This document shows, in pieces, positions 43,086-52,457 of a DNA stretch of 64,000 nt. Source of the stretch: Myxococcales bacterium (GTDB taxonomy: Bacteria > Desulfobacterota > Binatia > HRBIN30); contig JBBILD010000009.1 of NCBI GenBank assembly GCA_037445065.1, forward strand, positions 96,001-160,000, written 5' to 3'. How positions within the stretch are numbered: position 1 is the stretch's first letter; every line of letters begins with the position of its first letter. The position numbers and the translations under genes were made by a program. A model generated the notes under the pieces. It did no database searches. It saw only the letters and a program-made list of their open reading frames with translations, and was not told where the DNA came from.

Positions 43086-43395
43086 AACGAGCAGGCGAGG
43101 CCACTGGCACACGATTTCCCGCCGACCAGTCTTGCGAACTGTCCCCCGCCACAACGTTGTGCCCCGCCGGGGGGCCGTAAAGTCCAGCCCTGGCCCCGTG
43201 GCAGGTGCCAACGCTTGTCTACAAATCGGCGCTTCGGTTTCCACGATCTGAGGCAGCCTCCGAATTCGCCCTGCAGCGCCGACCTGTGGCAACGCGTCCC
43301 TTTGCGGACTACCTCGGCAAACGGTGCAAAGGCTTGCCCCCCGAAAGGCCGGCCCACCACGCTGCCACTTCACGACCACACCAGCTCCCAAGGTG

Positions 43396-44202
43396 TGTCG
43401 GAGCGGCCCCTGTGGTCGCACGCGCCGCGATTCGCGGATGGCGAGCAGCGAGCGGCGAGCGGTAAGTGGCGAATGGCGGATGGACCGTTTGGCCGGCACT
43501 TGGCACCGGCGCCCCATCCTAGATGTAGGGACGACCCTTAAGGCCGCCCGCGGCACCATGGGCGCGCTGTTCCGATCGTGCATGCGCGCGGCGCCGGCAA
43601 GATGCCGAAGCGCGATGGCCGTGGCGTGCGCGGCGCGCTGGGCATCCGGTTCGATCTGAAACCCGGGCAGGCACAAGGCGTGCTCCTACAACTCAATTCC
43701 GCGCTGCCCGGGGCACGCCTGTGACTGGGATCGATTTCCCCCACCACGCCGCGGCCTAACCCCCACGCCGCCACCATGCAAACTGTAGGCGCGGCCCTTG
43801 TGGCCGCCCGTGGTGCCGGAAGCACCCCGTTCCCACGGTGCTGGAGCTGCCGAAACCGCGCTGGCCCTGGGGCATCCCGGTTCCGTCTCCCTGCTGCTGC
43901 CCTACTTGCAGTCTGTGCCCACCACCACACAACGGTGTAAGCGTTGCACAATATAGCCTGGGGTCGGCCGGCCTTTTTCACCACCTGGCGCAATCCTGAA
44001 GGGGTTGCGCCAGGCCCGATTCGTCACGTGCGCTTCCCCTTGAAACGCGCGCCCTCACGGAGGACCACATTGACGACGTTGCGCGAAGCGAACGGGTTCC
44101 ATGCACACCCAGCGCAACCGTGCACGATGCAGCACGGCCTTTCCACTCCCGCGGGCACGTCCGTGCCTTCAAGATGTGTAGGGCGGCCCTTGTGGCCGCC
44201 CG
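43396..44202. repeat. Cluster of ~27-bp GTAG-type REP palindromes
   Basis: Copies at 43396-43422 (degenerate), 43524-43550, 43664-43690 (inverted), 43784-43810, 44177-44202; consensus TGTAGGnGCGGCCCTTGTGGCCGCCCG. Confidence 0.8.
43434..43482. repeat. Heptameric tandem repeat (7 degenerate units)
   Basis: GCGGATG GCGAGCA GCGAGCG GCGAGCG GTAAGTG GCGAATG GCGGATG. Confidence 0.7.
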
Positions 44203-44219
44203 TTTTATGATTCGCAGAT

Positions 44220-44462
44220 GGCGAGCTGACGCTGAGGGGACTGCCGGAGGCGCTTCCCTCCGCCACCGCGCAGTGGGAGCCGTTCGCCGAAGAGCCCGCG
44301 CACTTTCCTCTGCCGCGGCTGACGACGACGCCGGCGGTCGCCATGGTCAGGCGCGCCGCCGCGCTGATCGCCGCCGCCTCGGCCGAGGCCGAGCGGCTCG
44401 GCATGGCGCGCGACAGCGTCCTCCTCGAACGCCTGCGGGCCCGCCTTGCGCCCGGGGGGTGA
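44220..44462 (+). pseudogene. Remnant of cyclase/AAA-TPR (STAND-like) protein
   Basis: ELTLRGLPE...WEP...PLP joined to RAAALIAAASAEAERLGM...stop; resembles a cyclase-domain end fused to the C-terminus of such proteins. Confidence 0.4.
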
Positions 44463-44750
44463 GCGACCGCCACGGGGCGACGCGGCCCGTTTCCCACTCC
44501 AAATGCTGGAGTGCACCGGCCGTACTACAGCGAAAGACGTAACGACGACGATCAGACCTTGGCCAGTGAGTCCAGCCGCACAGTCTCGTCGCCGAGTCGC
44601 TCGGCAAGGGCAGCCTGCTCGGCAACGAGGAGCAAGGGAATGAGGGCGCAGGACAGTCGCATCGGCGCCTCCACTGAGCCCGAGCCGCTTCCACGAGTCG
44701 AAACCTCTACCGGTGCCGGCATCCGGCCCTTCGCAACAAGGAGCGGTGTG

Positions 44751-45834
44751 ATGGGTCGCACGGTGTATACGGTGTATATCGTCGGTGTCGGCATGACGAA
44801 GTTCGAGAAGCCCGGCTCGAAGGAATGGGACTACCCGGGCGTGGGGGCCCAAGGCCCTTACCGACGCCAGGCTCACGATCACCGACAGCGAGCAGGCCGT
44901 CTTCGGCTACTGCTACGGCGACTCCGCCTGCGGCGAGCATCCCTTCTACGAGCTCGGCCACGCTCGCATCCCGAAATACAAGGCGAACAACAACTGCTCG
45001 ACGGGCTCGAGTGCGCTGTTCATGGCCAAGCAACTCGTCGAGGGCGGGCCCGCCGAGTGCACGATGGCGCTCGGCTTTGAGAGATGAAGAAGGGCTCGCT
45101 CGACATGGGGTACACCCACCGCACGAACCCAATGGATCAGCGTTTCAAGCCGACGTTGTAGCTGCGGGGCTTCCCAAAGGCCCCGGGCCCGCCGCCGATC
45201 TTCGGCAACGCCGGCCGCGAGCACATGCAGAAGGACGGCACCACCGCCGAGCAGTTCGCGAAGATCGGTTTGGAAGAACCACGAGCACTCGGTGAACAAC
45301 CCTTGCTCGCAGTGCCAGGGCGAACTCTCGCTCGAGGACATCCTCGCCGCACGGATGATCTCCGAGCCCCTCACCGCGCTACAGTGCTGCCCGACCTCGG
45401 ACGGCGCGGGCGCCCCGATCCTCGCGAGCGAGGCTTTCTTGAAAAAACACCGCCTCCGGGGGGCTGGCGATCCAGATCGCCCGCCGGGCAATGCCTACCG
45501 ACTTCGACAGCTCCTTCGACGAGAGGCGCATGATCAACGCGGTTAGCTTCGACGTCACGACGAAGGAGGTCGCGAAGGTCTACCAATGGTCGGCCTCAGC
45601 CTCGAGAAGGTGGGCATGGTCGAGCCGCAAGACTGCTACCGCGGCAACGTCGTGGTGAACCCACCGGGCAGCCTGCTCGCGAAGGGCCGCCCGCTCGGCG
45701 CCACCGGCCTCGCGCAGTGCGCCGAGCCGGTCTGGCAACTCCGCGGCGAAGCCAACTGGCGCCAGCTCAAGGGCGCTGAGGTCGCGCTTCAGAACAACCT
45801 CGGCCTCGGCGGAGCCGCCGTGCTGGGCAGCTAA
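44751..45834 (+). pseudogene. SCP2-type thiolase (lipid-transfer protein) pseudogene
   Basis: [64 protein letters not shown] spread over several frames with stops. Confidence 0.9.
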
Positions 45835-46447
45835 GTCTACGGCTTCACGCACTGCCTCTAGGCGGCGAGCGCGATTTGGGGCGCCGTGCCGGAGGCGATC
45901 CGGCCGTTTCATACGGCCCGGATGTTCGTGGCCGCGGCGCCACCTCGGCTTTACAGTGCAGTTCTTCTTCCGCCACGAGCCGCCGCCGCGCGCGAACGTG
46001 TTCTACGCGGTTGTTGCTCGTAGCCTCCGCGCTCTGGGTGCCGGCCACGAAGCTACAGCAGGACGGCGGCCTACCCTTCGCGGAGGAGTCTGTGGGAGAA
46101 AAACCTAGCCTGGGTTTCCTAAGTTTGTATGGACGCATTAGGGCGAAATCTTCTCGCCCAAAAGCGATTTGCCTGTGGACAACTGCTTGTACCAGGGTTT
46201 GGCTGCGGATACTCGGACAGGCTCGTAGGTCTGGCTCTACCTGCTCGGCGTCAGGCTCGGTTGGCTGACCCTGCTGGCTGCGGTTGCCGGCCTGGGGTCC
46301 CGTCCACCCGGCCCGCTGCGCGCGCTCGCCAGCGCCGCCGGCTTCTGCGCCCGGACCGTTCTTGTTCTAGCGACGCGATGGTTTGGTCGCCGCTCTTCCC
46401 CGCACGCTGATTCTAGAATACGTTGTGCCGTACCCGCCCGAGGACCC

Positions 46448-46804
46448 ATGCAGACCGCTCTTTACCGGACGAAGGAGCAGTTTCAGGCGCCGCTCGCAGA
46501 CCCCACGGCGGGGTCCGCCCTGATGAGCAATCTGCTGCGCTGCGCACGCGGCGGCGAAGCGGCCTACCGCTGCTATGCAACAGCGATGCGCAAGTTGGTC
46601 GAGAGACGCGGCAGGCGCGTCACGGCACAGGGGGTGGGAGGTGGCGGCGCAGGCTTCGAGATCGTCGGCTTGGTCACGTACCCGTCGCGCAACGCCTTCG
46701 TCGAGGTCGCCCCTAGCCCCGAGCTCGCCGCGATCGGCGTACAACGGACGCAGGACCTCGAGGGCCAGTGGCTGCTGGCGGCCACGGCCGAGCTAATCTG
46801 CTGA
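46448..46804 (+). pseudogene. Degenerate DUF1330 homolog (open frame, motif loss and internal deletion)
   Basis: MSNLLR, AYRCY, LVTYPSRNAF, LEGQWLL resemble the 15340-15756 protein. Confidence 0.65.
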
Positions 46805-46807
46805 GCC

Positions 46808-47242
46808 ATGCCGCTCCTGCCCTCGAGCTGGAACGAGCCCTACCGCGGGCTCCCGATCGCCTGGCAGCTCCTGCTCCTCTTGGCCGCCGTGAACTTCGTA
46901 CGCGGCGGTATCCATCTCTTCGCTGACGACGGCGGCGCGGGCCGGATCGCTGGCGTCGACCTCACGCAGGGCGGCGCCGTGATCGTGATGCTGTTCGCGG
47001 TGATCGGCATCGACCAGATCGTGTGGGGCGTTATCGACGCGGCGGTGGCCCTGCGTTGGCGCGCCTTCGTACCGCTGGTCTGGGCGATCACGTTTGGAAA
47101 GCAAGTCGCGGGCGCGCTCGTGATGTGGGTCTACAAGCCGCTGCCTGTGCCGGCGCCGGGCAAGTACGCAGCGCTGCTCACGCTGCCGGTGGTTGCCTTT
47201 GCGCTTTGGGCCTCACTGCGGCCGCCTGCGCGGGAGCGCTGA
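46808..47242 (+). CDS. Hypothetical 4-TM membrane protein
   Basis: Intact 144-aa ORF with GIHLFADDGGAGRIAG loop and hydrophobic helices. Confidence 0.8.
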   Translation: MPLLPSSWNEPYRGLPIAWQLLLLLAAVNFVRGGIHLFADDGGAGRIAGVDLTQGGAVIVMLFAVIGIDQIVWGVIDAAVALRWRAFVPLVWAITFGKQVAGALVMWVYKPLPVPAPGKYAALLTLPVVAFALWASLRPPARER

Positions 47243-47299
47243 GCCGCCGCAGGATCTCTTGCTCGACTCGCCAGAGGCGATCCTCTCCCCGGTTCGAAT

Positions 47300-47778
47300 C
47301 CTGGGGCTAAGCGGGCCAGCCGACCCCGCAGGCGCTTGGCGCCGCCCACAGGCCCAGCGCGAAGATCTGCTTGCGATTCGCCCTCGAACTCTTCACGCCA
47401 GCCCGCGCGATCGAGTGGCGAGTGCGCTTCGCGCCAATCGAGTGACCCGCGTTCCCACCGCGAGGACGACCGGCATCGTCTTGCCATGCAGGTACGACCA
47501 GGTCACCAGGTCGGCTCGCCGTGCAGGGACGGGAAGGGAAGGTTTCGCGCGAGTTTTTTTGGGCCCTCGTAGCCTGACAATCCCTCGAGGTAGCGCGGCG
47601 CCCACGGTAGGAACGGGAGCTTCGCGAAGCGCTGCTCGACGTGCAGGGACGGGAAGGGAAGGTTTCGCGCGAGTTTTTTTGGGCCCTCGTAGCCTGACAA
47701 TCCCTCGAGGTAGCGCGGCGCCCACGGTAGGAACGGGAGCTTCGCGAAGCGCTGCTCGGACGTGCGCAGCACCTTCAT
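47300..47778 (-). pseudogene. Haloalkane dehalogenase pseudogene (3' boundary approximate)
   Basis: MKVLRTSEQRFAKLPFLPWAPRYLEGLSGYEG...LHGEPTW(SYL)...; ATGA overlap with the upstream MBL gene; broken by duplications and deletions. Confidence 0.75.
47520..47758. repeat. Two-copy 120-bp tandem repeat
   Basis: 47520-47638 is identical to 47640-47758. Confidence 0.97.
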
Positions 47779-48842
47779 CGCTTGGACACCTCCACGGCAC
47801 CCGAGCCCGCCGGAAGTGAGACCAACACGCCGTCTCGGCCTAGGGTGACGCCGCCCGCGAAGGCGCCCGAGACACCTTCCAGGAAGACGCGGTCGAGGCC
47901 GGGCAGGGGTAGCGGCGGCACCACGTGGTAGAAGAGCAGGTGCTTCGCTCCAGCCGCGCTCGCAATCTCCGCCGCCTCGACGGGCGTGGTGTGGTAGGCA
48001 GGGATGTCGGCCGTGATCTTCGCGAGGTTCGCGCGCCCGGCTGCCGCGGCGGCGGCACTCATGCGCGCGACCAACTGCGGAGCGAGCGCCTCGTGCACGA
48101 GCAGGTCTACGCCGCGCGCCTGCGCGGCGAGGTTCTCGGACTTCGCGGTGTCACCGCTCACCAGCGCCGAGCGCCCGCCGTACTCGAAGCGGTAGCCGAC
48201 GGCGGGCTTCACGGGGTCGTGGTCCACCGCGAAGGCAGTCACGCGCAGGCCGCCGGCCTCGAACACGACGGGCGCTTCGCCCCGCGCGGGCGGGGCGAAG
48301 GGCACGGCCGTCATGCCGGCGCCGCTCGGCGGTACTGTCGCCGCACCGTGGTGCGCGACGCGATAAGCCACGTCCGGCTGGTAGGCGCGCACAAAGCCCG
48401 CCACCACGTCCTCGACGCCGCTCGGCCCGTACACGGGCAGTGGCGCCGTGTGCGCGGCCCCGGTCCAGCGCAGCAGCGCCATCTCGCCGAGCCCGTCGAT
48501 GTGGTCGGAGTGGAAGTGCGTCAGGAACAGTGCCTCGATGCGGCCCGGTACGAAACCGGTGCGCTGGAGGTTGCGCGCGCCGCCGGTGCCGGCGTCGACC
48601 ACGACCATAGTCTGGCCGCCGATCACGGCGACGCAGGGGCCCGAGCGGACAGGATCGGGCAGCGGCCCACCCGCGCCGCAGAGCAGAACGTGCAGGCCAT
48701 CGGGAAGAGCTGCGATCGGGTCCGCAGCTAAGTTGCGCGCGAGCACTCGCTCCATCACGCGCAGCGCGACGGCTCCGCGCAGCTCCCAAAGCGCTGCGGC
48801 GAAGAGCAAGGCCGCGACCAAAGCGATACGAGACTTCGACAT
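47775..48842 (-). CDS. MBL-fold hydrolase, RNase Z/AtsA-like, with N-terminal membrane or signal segment
   Basis: VDAGTG, THFHSDHIDG, PAVGYRF, SGDT, LVHEA, YHTT, YHVVP. Confidence 0.9.
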   Translation of the reverse strand: MSKSRIALVAALLFAAALWELRGAVALRVMERVLARNLAADPIAALPDGLHVLLCGAGGPLPDPVRSGPCVAVIGGQTMVVVDAGTGGARNLQRTGFVPGRIEALFLTHFHSDHIDGLGEMALLRWTGAAHTAPLPVYGPSGVEDVVAGFVRAYQPDVAYRVAHHGAATVPPSGAGMTAVPFAPPARGEAPVVFEAGGLRVTAFAVDHDPVKPAVGYRFEYGGRSALVSGDTAKSENLAAQARGVDLLVHEALAPQLVARMSAAAAAAGRANLAKITADIPAYHTTPVEAAEIASAAGAKHLLFYHVVPPLPLPGLDRVFLEGVSGAFAGGVTLGRDGVLVSLPAGSGAVEVSKR

Positions 48843-48909
48843 GGCGTCTCCGGCGAGGCCATGGATTCTGGCACAATCAGTCCCGGAATGCGAAGCAGCC
48901 TGCGGAGAC

Positions 48910-49330
48910 ACCTCGAACCCGACCCAGACGCTCTACCACTTCCACGCCTTCGACCTCTCCTACTTCTCCGCCAAGGTGCGCCCCGCCCTTTGCTACCCGG
49001 AGCTGTCGCACGAGGAGCTGCGTCCGTACCTCGGCGGGACGAGGCGGCACATCGGCCTCACCTTCCTACCGATGCTGCTCACCCCGGGGGCGAGACCGGG
49101 CAGGACTCGAGAGAGATCCTCAACTGGCTCAAAGCGCGCAACCCCGCTGCGGCGCATCGGCGCGCTGCTGATCGAGCTCTACGCAGCCGAGTTCGGGCTC
49201 GTGCCCGCGATGCACAGGCACTGGGGCAGGCGCGCGCGAGGCGCAGAGCCTCGCGCGCTTTGTCACCATGACGGACAGCAAACGCGCCCGCCATGCCACC
49301 AAGGTAATGTTGCTGACATCGGTGATCGGT
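48910..49330 (+). pseudogene. Glutathione S-transferase family pseudogene (boundaries approximate)
   Basis: FDLSYFSAKVRPAL...LPMLLTP then, shifted, QDSREILNWL, then ALLIELYAAEF. Confidence 0.7.
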
Positions 49331-49384
49331 CAGCAGTTCGACCCCCCGTGCTCGCCCGCGCCGCGCAGCTGTCAGAGGACGGTG

Positions 49385-49550
49385 CGCTCGACCACCTCGA
49401 CGAACCGGGCACGGCGGCGCTGGGCAAGGCCGGCAGCACCTTGCGGGCGTGCATCTTGACCCAACTCGCTGCAGAGCTCGTCTACACGGCCGAGCGCGAC
49501 CGCCCTGACGCGCTCTGGGCAGAGGCGCTCACCATGGCGCGGCGGATGAA
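49385..49550 (+). pseudogene. Fragment of AAA/TPR (STAND-like) helical region
   Basis: ALGKAGSTLRACILTQLAAELVY...DALWAEALTMARRM. Confidence 0.4.
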
Positions 49551-50558
49551 CTCGCGGATCTTCTCTAGGTCCCGCGCTCCCCGGCTTCCGGACACCGTTG
49601 TCAACGTCAACCCCTCTTGGGCGTAAGGTGTGAACCGCCTGGGTGAGGCTGTCGGGAGGCCTGCGGCCAGTCCGGTAACGAACAGTGCCCGCATCTCCAC
49701 GATCTCGCGGACGACGTGGAGGGGTGGCAGCACGGCGCGCGCCATGGGCAAGTGGCCGTCCGGAAGTGGGTCGTGACGCTCGGCGCATTGGATCGGCGCA
49801 TTGCATGGACACCCACCGTAACTGAGCTCCGCGCAGCAAGTCATTCCCGCCACCACGGCACAACGCCGCGTTCAGCGAGTGGAGGGGGCCGGTGTGGCCG
49901 CCTGTGCTGTCGGGGGCACCTCGTTCCGATCGTGCACGAGGCTACGCCGGCAACGCGCTGCCGGCGGGCACCTCGGTTCCACCACCACGCTGCTGCGACA
50001 CGTGCACAGTGCCACGATCAGCACACAACGCAAAAAGCGAAGTTCACAGTGTTGACCATGCGGATGCCACGCGGCAGCGGGCTGGTCGCACCGAGCACCG
50101 CCTCGGTTCGTGCTGCGCACCGGGTTGCAACGATTCAGGCAGGGCCCGTGCCTGCTCCGATCTCATTGCGGGCGTGTGGAGGATATCCGCTTCTTTTGTC
50201 GGCGACGGCTGAGAGCCACTCCGTGGCACGGGGAGTCGGCCCGTTCCCAGCGGCTCGACTCCTTGTCGCCGTCAGGGGGTTGGCGCAAAGACGCTGCCTG
50301 CGCGGCCAAGGCAACAAGGCGCCTGCGCTCGCGAACGCTGCCCGCTTAAAATGTCTTACGGTCTACGCGACGCGCAGGACTCGCGGGGCTGCCAGCGATC
50401 CACTGTTCCATCGGGAGTACAACACTGGTACGTACGGACACCGGCGTTATCGGAAACGGTAGGCGGTTCGCGCCCTTAGGAAATCTCTGGCGAGGCGCTC
50501 ACGCCGGCGAAGTCTCTAGCGCAAGGCGGCCGGGCGAATTGCTGGGGCGAGGCTTCGA

Positions 50559-50969
50559 TCAGACCAGAAACTTCCCGTTGCCGGAGGCTACCGGCTTATG
50601 CGGCTGTTGGTAGGCAACGACGTGAACGTTGGCGATGCGGCGGCCCAGTTTGAAGATGTCGGCGCGGGCGAAGGTGTCGCGCGGCCCGGCCGTACGCAAA
50701 TAATCAATACTGAAATTGATGGGCTTCGGCAGACGACGTCCGGGAGAATTCACGCCCACTGCATCCAAGAGGCAAACGATCGCTGTCAACTCCAGAAACG
50801 CGCCCAAAACCCCGCCGTGGATGGCCGGCAATACTGGATTTCCCACGAGTTCATGCCGGAAGGGGAGCCAGAGTTCGCGGTAACCCGCTTGGTTCGATTG
50901 CTTGACCCCGAGGAAGCGCGCGTAAGGAATGGCCTCGAGGTAGCGCTCCAAATCAAACGTCTGTTCCAC
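50559..50969 (-). CDS. PaaI-family hotdog thioesterase
   Basis: IPYARFLG, GNPVLPAIHGGV, SIDYLR, LGRRIANV. Confidence 0.9.
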   Translation of the reverse strand: MEQTFDLERYLEAIPYARFLGVKQSNQAGYRELWLPFRHELVGNPVLPAIHGGVLGAFLELTAIVCLLDAVGVNSPGRRLPKPINFSIDYLRTAGPRDTFARADIFKLGRRIANVHVVAYQQPHKPVASGNGKFLV

Positions 50970-51459
50970 TCAAGTTGCCTCCACGGGAGGTTGGGAACGG
51001 GCTCCCAGCGCGGTTAGCGCCGAGCATGAACGTAGCCAGGCACGTGGCAAACGGGTCAGCAGAGTCCTTCTCCCAAGCAAAGGCCCGTACAAACGCCACG
51101 TTTTTTGTGCGCTTGTAGCACTCGGACCGAGCCCAGAGATCGCACCCCGGCTCCGCCGCACGCAGGTAGTCAATCCGCAGGTCAATTGTAGCGATGGCCG
51201 TGAGTTGTTCGAGGGCGCACGCAACGGCGAGGCCAGAGGTGTGGTCAATCAGCGTCGTGATGACCCCGCCAAACACCACTCCCCGAGTCGGGTCACCGAC
51301 CAGCTCTGGCCGGTAGGGTAGCATCATCACCGCGTAGCAAGGGCCGGTTTCCACCACACGGATCCCCAAGCAGGCGGCGTGCGGCGTGTACTCGATCATT
51401 TCGCGTTGGCCGGCCCCAAAGATCGCTGCTAAGGCAAATTTCGCTTTTTCTTCTGACAC
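50953..51459 (-). CDS. PaaI-family hotdog thioesterase
   Basis: LVGDP..GVVFGGVITTLID, ATIDLRIDYLRAAEPG; start uncertain. Confidence 0.9.
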   Translation of the reverse strand: MSEEKAKFALAAIFGAGQREMIEYTPHAACLGIRVVETGPCYAVMMLPYRPELVGDPTRGVVFGGVITTLIDHTSGLAVACALEQLTAIATIDLRIDYLRAAEPGCDLWARSECYKRTKNVAFVRAFAWEKDSADPFATCLATFMLGANRAGSPFPTSRGGNLSGTDV

Positions 51460-51660
51460 GTGCGACGGCGAAACTATGCTGTGGCAACTGGTAGCGCAAG
51501 CCGGAAAGGGCATGACTCCGGGTGTTCTCTTTCGGGTGAACAGAAATTGACAGGGCGTTAGTGTTATGGTTCAAGGCGCGGCTTGCTTCGATTACGTCAT
51601 CATCCTAGGCCGCGTACAGAAGTAGCCGAATGAGGGACGCGGTCTTGCAACGAGGGCGAA

Positions 51661-51831
51661 ATGAAAAGGACCTACCAACCGAGCAATCGCAGGCGAAAAC
51701 GAACGCACGGGTTTCGTGCGAGAATGGCCACGCCGGGCGGTCGCGCCGTGTTGAAGCGGCGCCGAGCGAAAGGGCGCAAGCGGCTGACCGTGACCATTCC
51801 GCCGAAGCAACCGCGGCAGTGCCGCGGCTGA
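51661..51831 (+). CDS. rpmH: 50S ribosomal protein L34
   Basis: [44 protein letters not shown] plus 12-aa tail (absent from the ORF track). Confidence 0.97.
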   Translation: MKRTYQPSNRRRKRTHGFRARMATPGGRAVLKRRRAKGRKRLTVTIPPKQPRQCRG

Positions 51832-52181
51832 ACAACGGCAGGCAAACCTTCGGGAAAAGCCGCCGCTTGCGCAGGCGGGAGGAATTTTTACGAGTGCAAA
51901 GCCGCGGCCGGCGGCGAGCCGCCGGGCCGTTTCTCGTAATGACCTTGGCTAGGGGTGACCGCGGTGCCACCCGTTTAGGGATCACAGCCACTCGCAAGAC
52001 CGGCTCTGCGGTTGTGCGTAACCGCGCCAAGCGGCTGGTACGAGAATTCTTTCGCCGCCATTATCACGAGTTAGCCCCCGCAACCGATATCGTAGTGATT
52101 GTACGCCCTTGCGAAAAAAAACTCAGCTATGCGGAAGTCGAGCGTGAACTGTCCCGCGCCCTACTCTCTCCCAGCGCGTAA
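51819..52181 (+). CDS. rnpA: Ribonuclease P protein component (start uncertain)
   Basis: [33 protein letters not shown] (RNR motif). Confidence 0.93.
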   Translation: MPRLNNGRQTFGKSRRLRRREEFLRVQSRGRRRAAGPFLVMTLARGDRGATRLGITATRKTGSAVVRNRAKRLVREFFRRHYHELAPATDIVVIVRPCEKKLSYAEVERELSRALLSPSA

Positions 52182-52215
52182 ACCTTTCTCCGATTTCCTC
52201 CATGGAGCCGACTTG

Positions 52216-52443
52216 GTGGTGCAGTGGCTGTTCCTGACCACTGTGCGTCTCTACCAGTTTCTGCTGTCCCCTTGGCTTGCCGCGCTCGGGGCACGCTGCC
52301 GGTTTGCTCCCACCTGCTCCGAGTACGCCCGCACCGCAATTGAGCTGCACGGCCCGTGGCGCGGCGTGTGGCTAGCGATACAGCGGTTGGTCCGCTGCCA
52401 TCCCTTTCACCCCGGAGGCTGGGACCCTGTACCCCGGCGCTGA
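52216..52443 (+). CDS. yidD: Membrane protein insertion efficiency factor
   Basis: [34 protein letters not shown]. Confidence 0.93.
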   Translation: MVQWLFLTTVRLYQFLLSPWLAALGARCRFAPTCSEYARTAIELHGPWRGVWLAIQRLVRCHPFHPGGWDPVPRR

Positions 52444-52457
52444 GGAAAACGTAACCG

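Noticed and set aside
43396..44202. Repeats considered as a CRISPR array
   Set aside because: Irregular long spacing, mixed orientation, degenerate copies, no cas genes; REP fits better
45840..46080. Coding-like stretch HLGFTVQFFFRHEPPPRANVFY
   Set aside because: Too short to assign; no start or RBS; at most another remnant
46090..46212. DnaA-box-like words (TGTGGACAA at 46174) in a lower-GC patch
   Set aside because: Only one near-consensus box and no AT-rich unwinding element; insufficient for oriC
47285..47310. GGTTCGAATCC tRNA T-arm-like motif (possible att site)
   Set aside because: T stem mismatched, no acceptor stem or cloverleaf, no match to the tRNA-Met in this window
48448..49626. 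392-aa plus-strand ORF as a single gene
   Set aside because: Composite of the antisense of the MBL gene and unrelated pseudogene fragments
49630..50460. ORFs 49716-50462 and neighbours
   Set aside because: No recognisable motifs; probably non-coding or unidentifiable remnants
51547..51570. TTGACA...TATGGT promoter for rpmH
   Set aside because: Spacer is only 12 bp, so the two boxes cannot form one sigma70 promoter
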